IMG/VR virus record: IMGVR_UViG_3300020294_000026
Span: 1-27,105 of that record
Source: a virus
Taxonomy: Duplodnaviria > Caudoviricetes
DNA length: 27,105 nucleotides
Direction: 5' to 3' (one strand)
The position numbers and the translations under genes are program-made. This document shows positions 10,366 to 18,369 of this stretch, in pieces. Positions within the stretch are counted from its first letter, which is position 1, and each line of letters begins with the position of its first letter. The notes below the pieces were generated by a model that did not search any database, was not told the DNA's origin, and was given only the letters and a program-made list of their open reading frames with translations.

Positions 10366-11405
10366 TACTCTACCTCGCAAGCTTTTACATATACATTTTG
10401 TAAAATACTCTTGATTATATCCGTATCACAATCAAAATCTGAGTCATCAATGTACCTATTCAAAAGACTAATAGTGTTTTCATCTTCCTCAGCTTCAAAA
10501 TCTTCACTCTCTTGAATAACAAAATTTTCTATAATTTGTATATCATGTATTCCAGAAGAGTATAATTTATCTATAAATTTTTCAAACTGTTTTTGATCAG
10601 TTTTCTGCCTTACAATAACCTTAACAATTTTATTTTTTAATTCTCTTGTATCAAATAACTTATAATTATGATCCTGATAATAAAGATTATAAAACAAACG
10701 ATATGGATTATTAACAGGTGTGTGCTCTAAGGTTTCTGTATCAAAGATATGAAAACCTCTAGTTTGACCCACATCATTCCAAAACATTTCATATGGATTA
10801 CCTAAGTAAAATATCTTTCCATTATCAGATCTTTGATGATAATGACCAGAATAAACTTTTTCAAATTTATTAAAAGGTTTAGTATCCATACCATGCTCCA
10901 TAGTATGACCAGGAGTAGCCATGAAACCATTCAACTCAAGATGTCCCATTGCAACTTTACATCTAGACTTTTTAATATTATATAAAGTAGATTCTTTATT
11001 TTCTTGATTAATCCAAGGTACAAGTAAAATATCTAATCCATCAATCTTTATTTCTTTTAGTTCTGAATAAACAATAATATTATCATATTCAGTTAACAAT
11101 AAATCAATTGAGTTTACATCATTAGTATCCTTATAATATGCAGTATGATTACCAACAACACTATGAAGTGTTATTCCCATATCTTTAAGTTTATCAAAAT
11201 AAACTCTCTTAGACCATTCTAAAGAAGCAAGATCTATATTCCTTCTATTATCGAAGGTATCACCCATATCAATAACAGTATCGATTTGATGTTCTTCGAG
11301 AAAAGGAAAGAAAACATTATCGTAAAACTTTTCAAAATAATCATTTATAAATTGTGCTCCCTTCCTAGCACCAAAATGTTGATCAGTTATTATAGCTATC
11401 TTCAT
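10365..11405 (-). CDS. gp47: Recombination endonuclease nuclease subunit (Mre11/SbcD-like)
   Basis: Phosphoesterase motifs TDQHFG, MGDTFD, VGNH, MGHLE and SGHYH. Confidence 0.96.
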   Translation of the reverse strand: MKIAIITDQHFGARKGAQFINDYFEKFYDNVFFPFLEEHQIDTVIDMGDTFDNRRNIDLASLEWSKRVYFDKLKDMGITLHSVVGNHTAYYKDTNDVNSIDLLLTEYDNIIVYSELKEIKIDGLDILLVPWINQENKESTLYNIKKSRCKVAMGHLELNGFMATPGHTMEHGMDTKPFNKFEKVYSGHYHQRSDNGKIFYLGNPYEMFWNDVGQTRGFHIFDTETLEHTPVNNPYRLFYNLYYQDHNYKLFDTRELKNKIVKVIVRQKTDQKQFEKFIDKLYSSGIHDIQIIENFVIQESEDFEAEEDENTISLLNRYIDDSDFDCDTDIIKSILQNVYVKACEVE

Positions 11406-11881
11406 CTGTTACCAGATTTATATTGAATATTATCCTTAATAGTATTGTAATCGGAACTACTACCTGCCAGTGCTCCATCATCTACTACCATAACTTCATC
11501 ATACCCAGTCTTCTCAATTATCTTTGTCTTTATTTCTAGTTGCTTCTTCTCTTTCTGAATCCTTCTTAGAAAAGCATAATGAATGATCTGAGTAAAGTAA
11601 GCAAATGGATTCCTAGATTTTGCTGGATCAAAGTTGTGAATATATTGAACACAATTCTCTATACCATCAGAGATCATATCATCTCTAAACATATAGTTTA
11701 CAAAGTTTGGTTTGTATGAAAGGTGTGTAGCAATCTTTAAAAAACATTCACCAAGGTAATTACTAATTCTAGGTTTAGGTAAATCCTTTGTCTTTGCTAC
11801 AGCTACTTGAGCACGATAATCTATTAACGCTGCTAATAATTCTTTGTTATTTACGTAATGCTCAGATTTCTTCTTAGCCAT
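11402..11881 (-). CDS. gp55: Late-transcription sigma factor
   Basis: HYVNNKEL, YLGECFLKIATHLSYKPNF.NY, DMISDGIENC and NPFAYFTQIIHYAFLRRIQKEK. Confidence 0.96.
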   Translation of the reverse strand: MAKKKSEHYVNNKELLAALIDYRAQVAVAKTKDLPKPRISNYLGECFLKIATHLSYKPNFVNYMFRDDMISDGIENCVQYIHNFDPAKSRNPFAYFTQIIHYAFLRRIQKEKKQLEIKTKIIEKTGYDEVMVVDDGALAGSSSDYNTIKDNIQYKSGNR

Positions 11882-11907
11882 AACATATAAGTTCTCTTGT
11901 TGTTGGT

Positions 11908-11936
11908 ATTATAACATTATTTACTCAACTTGACAA
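11908..11936 (-). promoter_or_regulatory. Sigma70-type promoter for gp55 with an embedded late box
   Basis: TTGTCA (11931-11936), a 17-nt spacer, TATAAT (11908-11913) with extended -10 TG, and TAAATA at 11918-11923. Confidence 0.75.
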
Positions 11937-11958
11937 GACGATTGAATATCGGTACAAT
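11930..11958 (+). promoter_or_regulatory. Divergent (antisense) sigma70-type promoter
   Basis: TTGACA (11930-11935), a 17-nt spacer, TACAAT (11953-11958). Confidence 0.6.
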
Positions 11959-11988
11959 AACTCTGTAAGGGTTGATGAGATAGGTTTA

Positions 11989-12393
11989 TTAGCTTTCTAT
12001 ATTAAGTTTATAGATATCTTCAAGTTTCTTACGAGCATCATCTACTGTTGATACAAATCCTAGATTGGTGTTTAGTTTTACTCTTCCATCTAATTCCATA
12101 TCTGGATCATCATCATTTAAATATCTTTCATAGAAATTTATCATTTGCTTATCACTAACTTCAGTCATAGTAATAATTTTATCGTATTTAATTAAAAATA
12201 TATCATCATTTGGTAATTCCAACCAAGGTTTTACTTTTACATATTGACCTGTTCCATTACTTAATACTTTCATTATCACAGGACTTTGAAGCATTATGAT
12301 TGGATCTCCATCATTTTCGTCAATGGAAATCATAGCGAAGATTTCTTCACCTGTAATTAATTTTATTACCCCATGAAATTCTTCTCCCATCAT
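11989..12393 (-). CDS. Conserved hypothetical protein between uvsW and gp55 (possible Sm-like fold)
   Basis: IKLITGEEIFA...VKPW pattern and the gene position typical of cyanomyoviruses. Function unknown. Confidence 0.75.
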   Translation of the reverse strand: MMGEEFHGVIKLITGEEIFAMISIDENDGDPIIMLQSPVIMKVLSNGTGQYVKVKPWLELPNDDIFLIKYDKIITMTEVSDKQMINFYERYLNDDDPDMELDGRVKLNTNLGFVSTVDDARKKLEDIYKLNIES

Positions 12394-13853
12394 CCTTTTA
12401 TTGGTATGTTAACTATATCGTAATTGAAATTCTCTTCGTTATAAACTTTAATCCTTTCTATTAGATGGTTTAACGTGTAATTTTTTCTAGACTTGGTGCT
12501 AATATCATCGGCAATATCATATAGAGTTGCCTTTACCTTACCATTCCCCTTTCTTAGGACTCTGCCAATGGATTGGAGATTTCTAATTCTGGACTTTGAG
12601 GGACTGGCGAAGATGACGTTGTGCAACCGCTTAATATTGATACCAGTACTAAAAGTGCCATAACTGGCAACAATGATAGCGTTTTCTTGATTTTCAGTGA
12701 TCTCACGAATCTTCTCCCTGTCTTCTGTTGGTACTCCACCATGAACAAAGAAGACATGCCTCTGTTCTAGTGTATTACTATTTATCATCTCATAAAGGGG
12801 TTCTCCATGTGCTTCTACTCTTGCAAACAGAATAAGAGTGTTACCTTTAAGGTCTAAAGCAAGGTTACGAATTAACCTATTTCTTTTCTCGTGAGTGATA
12901 ATATATTGAACTTCTTCTTCAAAGTTTTCAAATTTATGTGCAGGGTGTTTCAATAGAAGCACGTTAATATCCAACGTCGCTACATGACCTTTCTTCATGA
13001 GCTCGTCCGTTTTAATAATTTTATAAGAAGGACCAAATAAACCTTCTAGTACCCATTTATGAGTTTCTGATCCATCCAAAGTTCCTGTAAATCCATAACG
13101 ATATTTGGCATTACCTAACTTAGTCATAATAGCAACAAGAGATTTGGATTTGAATTGATGTGCTTCATCACCAACTACTACATCAAATCTGTCAAAATAC
13201 TTTCTTGGTAGTTTGTATATTGATTGCCAAGTAGTGATAATAACTTGTGAATCAGTTTCTCTTTCTCTACCAGCATAGATCTTGTGGCAGTATGATCCTA
13301 CATCCCAACCATAATCGGCAAAGTCTTTATACATCTGCTCTACAAGCGATGTTGTAGGCACTACAATGAGTGTATTCTTTTTATTCTCAACAAAGTATCT
13401 AATGATGGCATATATCATCAACGACTTACCAGAAGCAGTTGGAGACACGAGTAACTTTCGATTATTTTTGAGAGCATCATATACACCATCTATCTGATAA
13501 TCTCTAGGTTTGTGTTTAGAGATAGCAGTCATATAATCTTTTACACCTTCCTTAGAGATCTTATCATTTACCTCAAAAGGAAGACCGTAATACTTACTCT
13601 CTACAAATTCGTAAGTATATCCATGATCCTTACAAAACTGAACTATTCTATCTAACAATCCAATATAAACTTCACCACTCTGAGTATTGAATAACCTTAT
13701 CTTTCCATCCCAATATTTCTTTTGGTACGTTGGCATAAACTTCGCACCAGGTACTTCAAAGGTGAATTGATCCGCAAGTTCATAATACACATGCGGTTCT
13801 GCATCTACTTTTAAGTAGACTTCATTCTTCTTTGATATAATCAAATGACTCAT
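12390..13853 (-). CDS. uvsW: SF2 RNA-DNA/DNA helicase
   Basis: RDYQ, SPTASGKS, DEAH, TGT, STGINI and QSIGRVLR. Confidence 0.96.
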   Translation of the reverse strand: MSHLIISKKNEVYLKVDAEPHVYYELADQFTFEVPGAKFMPTYQKKYWDGKIRLFNTQSGEVYIGLLDRIVQFCKDHGYTYEFVESKYYGLPFEVNDKISKEGVKDYMTAISKHKPRDYQIDGVYDALKNNRKLLVSPTASGKSLMIYAIIRYFVENKKNTLIVVPTTSLVEQMYKDFADYGWDVGSYCHKIYAGRERETDSQVIITTWQSIYKLPRKYFDRFDVVVGDEAHQFKSKSLVAIMTKLGNAKYRYGFTGTLDGSETHKWVLEGLFGPSYKIIKTDELMKKGHVATLDINVLLLKHPAHKFENFEEEVQYIITHEKRNRLIRNLALDLKGNTLILFARVEAHGEPLYEMINSNTLEQRHVFFVHGGVPTEDREKIREITENQENAIIVASYGTFSTGINIKRLHNVIFASPSKSRIRNLQSIGRVLRKGNGKVKATLYDIADDISTKSRKNYTLNHLIERIKVYNEENFNYDIVNIPIKG

Positions 13854-13881
13854 AATCCTATACCAATGTAGGATTATTTAG
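13852..13881 (-). promoter_or_regulatory. Late promoter overlapping an RBS-sequestering hairpin
   Basis: CTAAATA at 13875-13881 and a perfect 9-bp inverted repeat, ATAATCCTA-8nt-TAGGATTAT, covering AGGA and the AT of the uvsW ATG. Confidence 0.75.
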
Positions 13882-13888
13882 AGTGTTA

Positions 13889-14185
13889 TTATCTAGTCAT
13901 TCTGTACGCCATGTACGCACCAACTGCTTTTTTAGCTCCAGTCCATAGAGCATTAGTAACAGCACTGCCACCTACATAAGAGGCAATATCTCCTGCTACA
14001 GAACCAGAACCAGCAGTATAATCTTTAGTTTTAGTACTATATTTTTCGTCTTTTCGTTTTTTCACTTGGTCATTATAGATCTTATTGCCAACCGCACCTC
14101 CAGCCATATCTCTGACAATACCAGGAACAGCACCCCAACCTTCATTTACTGAAGTATCTTTCCTAAATTCTTGAAATGTTTTCAT
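13889..14185 (-). CDS. Candidate internal head protein (98 aa) with a capsid-targeting-like N-terminus
   Basis: ATG at 14185 (ATGA overlap with the upstream stop) gives MKTFQEFRKDTSVNE-GWG... The body is Gly/Ala/Lys-rich. Confidence 0.65.
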   Translation of the reverse strand: MKTFQEFRKDTSVNEGWGAVPGIVRDMAGGAVGNKIYNDQVKKRKDEKYSTKTKDYTAGSGSVAGDIASYVGGSAVTNALWTGAKKAVGAYMAYRMTR

Positions 14186-14328
14186 ACTTTTATTCTTGCA
14201 TTCCACAAATTTTTTATGTGTTCCTTAGAACCAATATTTCCTGCTTTAAATGCTTTACTACTTGCTCCAACTGCCTTAGTATCAATCTTATATTTTACAG
14301 GAGAGTTATCTGTATAACCGTATGGCAT
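14182..14328 (-). CDS. Small basic hypothetical protein (48 aa)
   Basis: Not in the track. Hand translation MPYGYTDNSPVKYKIDTKAVGASSKAFKAGNIGSKEHIKNLWNARIKV. AGGA lies upstream and the stop overlaps the next ATG. Confidence 0.65.
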   Translation of the reverse strand: MPYGYTDNSPVKYKIDTKAVGASSKAFKAGNIGSKEHIKNLWNARIKV

Positions 14329-14332
14329 TATC

Positions 14333-14488
14333 CTATCCTACAATAGTATCAAACCAGTCTTGACTCATACCTGAAATAATCTTATCTGCTGCTTCAGCAT
14401 CTACAGCATACTTCTCTTCAATAAGATGTCCCACAACTTTCTTATAGTTCTCGTGGATCTTCTTGCTTTCTTTTGGAGTAGGTTTCAT
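14333..14488 (-). CDS. Small hypothetical protein (51 aa)
   Basis: Not in the track. Hand translation MKPTPKESKKIHENYKKVVGHLIEEKYAVDAEAADKIISGMSQDWFDTIVG. It follows TATAAATA. Confidence 0.7.
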   Translation of the reverse strand: MKPTPKESKKIHENYKKVVGHLIEEKYAVDAEAADKIISGMSQDWFDTIVG

Positions 14489-14512
14489 TTTCTAATATTA
14501 GATCTACTCATG

Positions 14513-14520
14513 TATTTATA
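14513..14520 (-). promoter_or_regulatory. T4-consensus late promoter
   Basis: Exact TATAAATA immediately after the uvsY stop. Confidence 0.8.
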
Positions 14521-14522
14521 AT

Positions 14523-14951
14523 TTACATACCTGCTTGGAACTTATTCCATTCGATTGCGTTCTTAATTTGAAATGTTCTGTTAGAAATATTCTTAATAAT
14601 CTCCTCTAAGAATTTTAAAGTAGTATCATAATATCTTATCTTAAGATCTATCTTCATCATCTTTTCATCTGCTTCCATATGTCTCTGGACAGCATCCTTT
14701 TCTCTAACCTTATATGGAAAGGGTTCTTCTACATAAACTTCTGCTGGTGCTTTTCCAGTATAAAAATTATGTCTTTCCAATCTAACCTTATTATATTGTT
14801 CTCTTGCCTTTTCACGCAACAAAGTAATAGTATTATAAACTGTATAATACTTTGAATGTAATTGAGGTATTTTTAATGACTCATCATGTAGATTATCAGG
14901 ATCAATGACAGCATCACGCTCCCACATCTCCTGAATTTTATCAAGGTTCAT
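14523..14951 (-). CDS. uvsY: Recombination mediator protein
   Basis: W..D..ID.DNL..ESLKIPQLHSKY...RTFQIKNAIEW; located between gp3 and uvsW. Confidence 0.93.
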   Translation of the reverse strand: MNLDKIQEMWERDAVIDPDNLHDESLKIPQLHSKYYTVYNTITLLREKAREQYNKVRLERHNFYTGKAPAEVYVEEPFPYKVREKDAVQRHMEADEKMMKIDLKIRYYDTTLKFLEEIIKNISNRTFQIKNAIEWNKFQAGM

Positions 14952-15487
14952 AGACTACTTGTAAGATCGTATATTGTATATTTAAATGTTGCTTGTGCGG
15001 TAAAGTATTGTACATCACTAGTTGTAGCATCAAAATTTAAAGATGTCAATGTAACTGGAAATAAATCTTTAAATTTTACTCTTGCTATTTCTCTAAGATT
15101 ACTATTTAATATTCTAAGTGTACCATCACAAAATGCTTCTGTTAGATCTCTTTGATTTTGACTATCAGTTGTTATATTTTTAAAATCTGCTGTTGATTCT
15201 GGGAATCCTAATCCCTCTAACCAATTGTGTATGGCAAGATAATTTTCCATATTCTCATCAACAAGAAATTTAAGTGTAAAATCACCATAGGTTAATTTCT
15301 CACCAGGTACATCAATATCTTTTAGATATGTTGCTTGAGTTGCTAACTGAAGAGTTAATTGTGGTATTGTAGCACTATTAGAGAAAAAATCAACTTTAGG
15401 ATACTTTGCAAGATTAAACTTAAAAGCTACCGATGAAAGATAGTTTCTATTCTCAATTTGTGTGCGAAATGCTGACGAAGATGCCAT
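14948..15487 (-). CDS. gp3: Tail tube terminator / tail completion protein
   Basis: NRNYLS..AFKF, IP, PGEKLTYGDF.LKFLVDENMENY..IHNW and FKDLFP..L.SL.F. CTAAATA lies upstream at 15501-15507. Confidence 0.88.
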   Translation of the reverse strand: MASSSAFRTQIENRNYLSSVAFKFNLAKYPKVDFFSNSATIPQLTLQLATQATYLKDIDVPGEKLTYGDFTLKFLVDENMENYLAIHNWLEGLGFPESTADFKNITTDSQNQRDLTEAFCDGTLRILNSNLREIARVKFKDLFPVTLTSLNFDATTSDVQYFTAQATFKYTIYDLTSSL

Positions 15488-15500
15488 TATCCTTTTTATC

Positions 15501-15507
15501 TATTTAG
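15501..15507 (-). promoter_or_regulatory. Late promoter (CTAAATA)
   Basis: 13 nt upstream of the gp3 ATG, with an AAGGA RBS in between. Confidence 0.7.
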
Positions 15508-15509
15508 AG

Positions 15510-16145
15510 TCATCTGACGGTTAAGTTGAATGATATTGCTATTCTATCTTCTTCCGTTTTATTAGGACGTACCATATGATCAAGAAACGCAGGAAAAATA
15601 TACATCAGTCCTTCTTTTGGATATCTATGTTCCCACTCTAATCCATCATTATATCTAGAATGTACAAAAGTATTTCCGTTAATTACTGATCGTGGATCTC
15701 TAAATGCTATATTACCCGAATCACCTTCAGGAACTTTAACATAATATACTGCAGATAAATCTACTCTCAAAGTATCTGAAGCATATAAGTGGTTGTGTAC
15801 TAGATTAAAATCCCCCTTCTTATTAATCATTGCCCAAGAATCTATAGAAACCAATTCTTTTATATTAGGATTAAATGGTAGTATTGGTAATATGTATCTT
15901 AAATTTTCAAATAGTTCATCAAATGATTCAGCACCATCATTTTCATTTCTAAATTTACTATGCCATCCACCCATATTGGAAACTGACATACCTTCTTTAT
16001 CATCTTCTTTCAATTGATATATTATATCTACCAACTTATTATTATCAACATCGTCCAATTGTATTTCAAATATTGGTGTATGAAATAAAAATTGGTGGGA
16101 TATATTATATTTCTCACCTTCAATAATTTGTGGATGTAAATTCAT
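15510..16145 (-). CDS. Putative 2OG-Fe(II) oxygenase (TIGR02466-like)
   Basis: SN.GGWHS, SWAMIN...NLVHNH, SAVYYVKVP, FRDPR, IFPAFLDHMV and RIAISFN. Confidence 0.85.
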   Translation of the reverse strand: MNLHPQIIEGEKYNISHQFLFHTPIFEIQLDDVDNNKLVDIIYQLKEDDKEGMSVSNMGGWHSKFRNENDGAESFDELFENLRYILPILPFNPNIKELVSIDSWAMINKKGDFNLVHNHLYASDTLRVDLSAVYYVKVPEGDSGNIAFRDPRSVINGNTFVHSRYNDGLEWEHRYPKEGLMYIFPAFLDHMVRPNKTEEDRIAISFNLTVR

Positions 16146-16828
16146 TATTCTACCACCAAATTAAAAGATATTGAAATCCTATCTTCATCAGTAGAATTTG
16201 GAAGAACTTCATGCTCTAAACCAGAAGGAAAAATAAACATAGTTCCTTCTATTGGCATTCTACTTATATCAAATGTTCTATGATATCTAGACATATAAAA
16301 ATAATTTCCATATGATATTGCTTGTCTAGGATCAAAAAATTTTATTTTACCACAATCATCTTTTTTAGGTATACTGGTCATTTTATTATCAATACCTATA
16401 TGTTGTTCCAATTCTTCTGTTTCTACTTCTTTAGGAACTTTAACATAATAAACACCAGAAAAATCTGAGTTTATATGATGATGTCTTTTATGAGTATTAT
16501 TACGACGATTTAAATTAAACCAAATATTCATTTGATTTATTTTAGATATATTTGGGTAGAATGGTAATTCTGGTAAAATATATTGAAATTTAGAAGTTAA
16601 TGGTTCAAAGTATTTAAAATCTTCATCATCAAAACTACAAAAATTACTATGCCAACCACCAGAATTTGATACCTTTATACCTTTATCTACTTCATATAGT
16701 TTATATGCGTTTTCGGTTAAAATATTATTATCAACATCATCTAATTCTATTTGAAATAACGCTGTAGGAAAAAGAAATTGATTCTCTATTTTATATTTTC
16801 CCTTTATCTCATATGGTGGTAATTCCAT
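16145..16828 (-). CDS. Putative 2OG-Fe(II) oxygenase (TIGR02466-like)
   Basis: SNSGGWHS, WFNLN...HKRHHH, SGVYYVKVP, FFDPR, IFPSGLEHEV and RISISFN. Confidence 0.85.
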   Translation of the reverse strand: MELPPYEIKGKYKIENQFLFPTALFQIELDDVDNNILTENAYKLYEVDKGIKVSNSGGWHSNFCSFDDEDFKYFEPLTSKFQYILPELPFYPNISKINQMNIWFNLNRRNNTHKRHHHINSDFSGVYYVKVPKEVETEELEQHIGIDNKMTSIPKKDDCGKIKFFDPRQAISYGNYFYMSRYHRTFDISRMPIEGTMFIFPSGLEHEVLPNSTDEDRISISFNLVVE

Positions 16829-16851
16829 TACACACTTTCCATTACAAAATC

Positions 16852-16867
16852 ATTATACCATATTTAG
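16852..16867 (-). promoter_or_regulatory. Fused late box + extended -10 promoter
   Basis: CTAAATA-TGG-TATAAT directly after the gp23 terminator. Confidence 0.6.
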
Positions 16868-16869
16868 AC

Positions 16870-16899
16870 AAAAAAAGAGACCCCCGAAGGAGTCTCTTT
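16870..16899 (-). terminator. Rho-independent terminator of gp23
   Basis: GAGACTCC-TTCG-GGGGTCTC followed by T7. The cUUCGg tetraloop is typical of T4-like phages. Confidence 0.9.
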
Positions 16900-16924
16900 A
16901 TTAAAGGAATTATATCCTTTCTTC

Positions 16925-18331
16925 TTACATGAGGTTAGTAACTTTAACTCTTCTGTAGTAACGGTTCTTGTTACGTGTAAGTGTTCCAAGTCCCTGTGCT
17001 GTACCTTGTGAGAATGGGTTCTCGACAATGCCGTAGCGAGTCTTGAATCCAATTTTTGGTTGGAATGTATCCTGACCAACCGCACGAACCATCTGTAGAG
17101 GCACGTAAGGGCAGTAGAATAATCCAGCGTCATAAGGTGAAGAACCTTTGTATCCAACAACGTAGTACTGGTTAGCAGCAACGTTAGCAGAATAAGGATC
17201 AATGTACACTCTGTACTTACCTTGAAGAATACCAGCAAATGTATTGCCTGTATCGTCTACATTAAGGTTAGCATTAAGAGCAGGGGTGTAGTCAAGAACA
17301 CCAGCCATTGTTAGGGCAGAAGCAACATCAGCAGATGTTAGAATCATGTTACCCTTTCCACGACGAGTTCTTTGTGCGATAGCGTTCGCATCTCTCTCGA
17401 TCTGGAAGATAAGTCCCTTGAACTTCTCAACTGACCATCTACCGTTTGAATCGGTGTCTAAGTCAAATGAACCAGCAGCAGCAACGTTTGACTGAGCACC
17501 AGGCTCTGCTACGTTGTAGATAGTTCTGATAACTTCTCTGTTGATTTCCGCAAGGATCTCAGTAGAAAGAATGTTAGCAAGTTCTGCTTCTGCATTCAAA
17601 CCGTGGATTGCCTTGAGGTCTTGAGCAAGCTCTAGTGAGTACTCAGCTTTCAACGCACGAGACTTAGCGGTAACTGTTACCTTCTCGATGCTGAATGCCA
17701 TCTCGTTGAACTGATCACCAGTTCCATCTCCGAGATCTTCAGCAGTATCAGTACGCATACCCTGACCAACGTTGTAGTCAGTAGCAGTTGTCTGTGCTGG
17801 AGAGGCAGATCCGTCTAGAAGTCCTGGATTAGAACCACTTTGTGCTGTTGTACCCAAACCAACGTTAGTATTAACGTCGCCTGTGTTAACATCAAAGCCA
17901 TCATTCTGTCCAGAGAATGCTGTATCTGCTTCGTTGAATAATGCCTCATCGCCACTCTGTGAGTTGTAGCGTGAACGCATTGCGAAGATTAGTCCAGTAG
18001 GACCATTCATTGGTTGAACACCAGCAAGGTCATATGCGACCAAGTTTGGCATTGAACGTCTAATCAATGAGATTAGAACGGGGTCGAAACCAGCAACAGG
18101 ACCAGCAGCAGTTGCGTCAGCAGAGAAACCTGCTGCAGAACTTGAACTACCTGTATTTACTGTTGGAGCTTCTGAAAGGAAAGAACGCTCTTCTCTTAGT
18201 TCTTTCTCTTGGTTTTCTAGCAGGATAGCGGTAGTAGCTCTTCTATGTGCGTCTTTGATTGGATCAAGTCCGTCATAATCGAGAATGGGGGCCCACTTCT
18301 CCTGTAGATGCTCAGAATTGTACATCTGCAT
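16925..18331 (-). CDS. gp23: Major capsid protein
   Basis: KWAPIL, LLENQ, GFDPVLISLIRRSMPNL, GVQPMNGPTGLIFAMR, KSRALKAEYSLELAQDLKAIHGL and FQPKIGFKTRYG. Confidence 0.98.
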   Translation of the reverse strand: MQMYNSEHLQEKWAPILDYDGLDPIKDAHRRATTAILLENQEKELREERSFLSEAPTVNTGSSSSAAGFSADATAAGPVAGFDPVLISLIRRSMPNLVAYDLAGVQPMNGPTGLIFAMRSRYNSQSGDEALFNEADTAFSGQNDGFDVNTGDVNTNVGLGTTAQSGSNPGLLDGSASPAQTTATDYNVGQGMRTDTAEDLGDGTGDQFNEMAFSIEKVTVTAKSRALKAEYSLELAQDLKAIHGLNAEAELANILSTEILAEINREVIRTIYNVAEPGAQSNVAAAGSFDLDTDSNGRWSVEKFKGLIFQIERDANAIAQRTRRGKGNMILTSADVASALTMAGVLDYTPALNANLNVDDTGNTFAGILQGKYRVYIDPYSANVAANQYYVVGYKGSSPYDAGLFYCPYVPLQMVRAVGQDTFQPKIGFKTRYGIVENPFSQGTAQGLGTLTRNKNRYYRRVKVTNLM

Positions 18332-18369
18332 TTGAATTTTACCTTAGTTTGTTTTAAATAATTTAAAAA

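Noticed and set aside
14485-14511. 8-codon uORF (MSRSNIRK) and the palindrome TCTAATATTAGA before the 51-aa gene
   Set aside because: The ATG lies 1 nt from the late box, so it would not be on that transcript. A 12-bp AT-rich palindrome is weak evidence alone.
16864-17238. 124-aa alternate-frame ORF overlapping the gp23 3' end (possible frameshift extension)
   Set aside because: It runs through the terminator, I identified no slippery site, and such open frames are expected from the biased codon usage of gp23.
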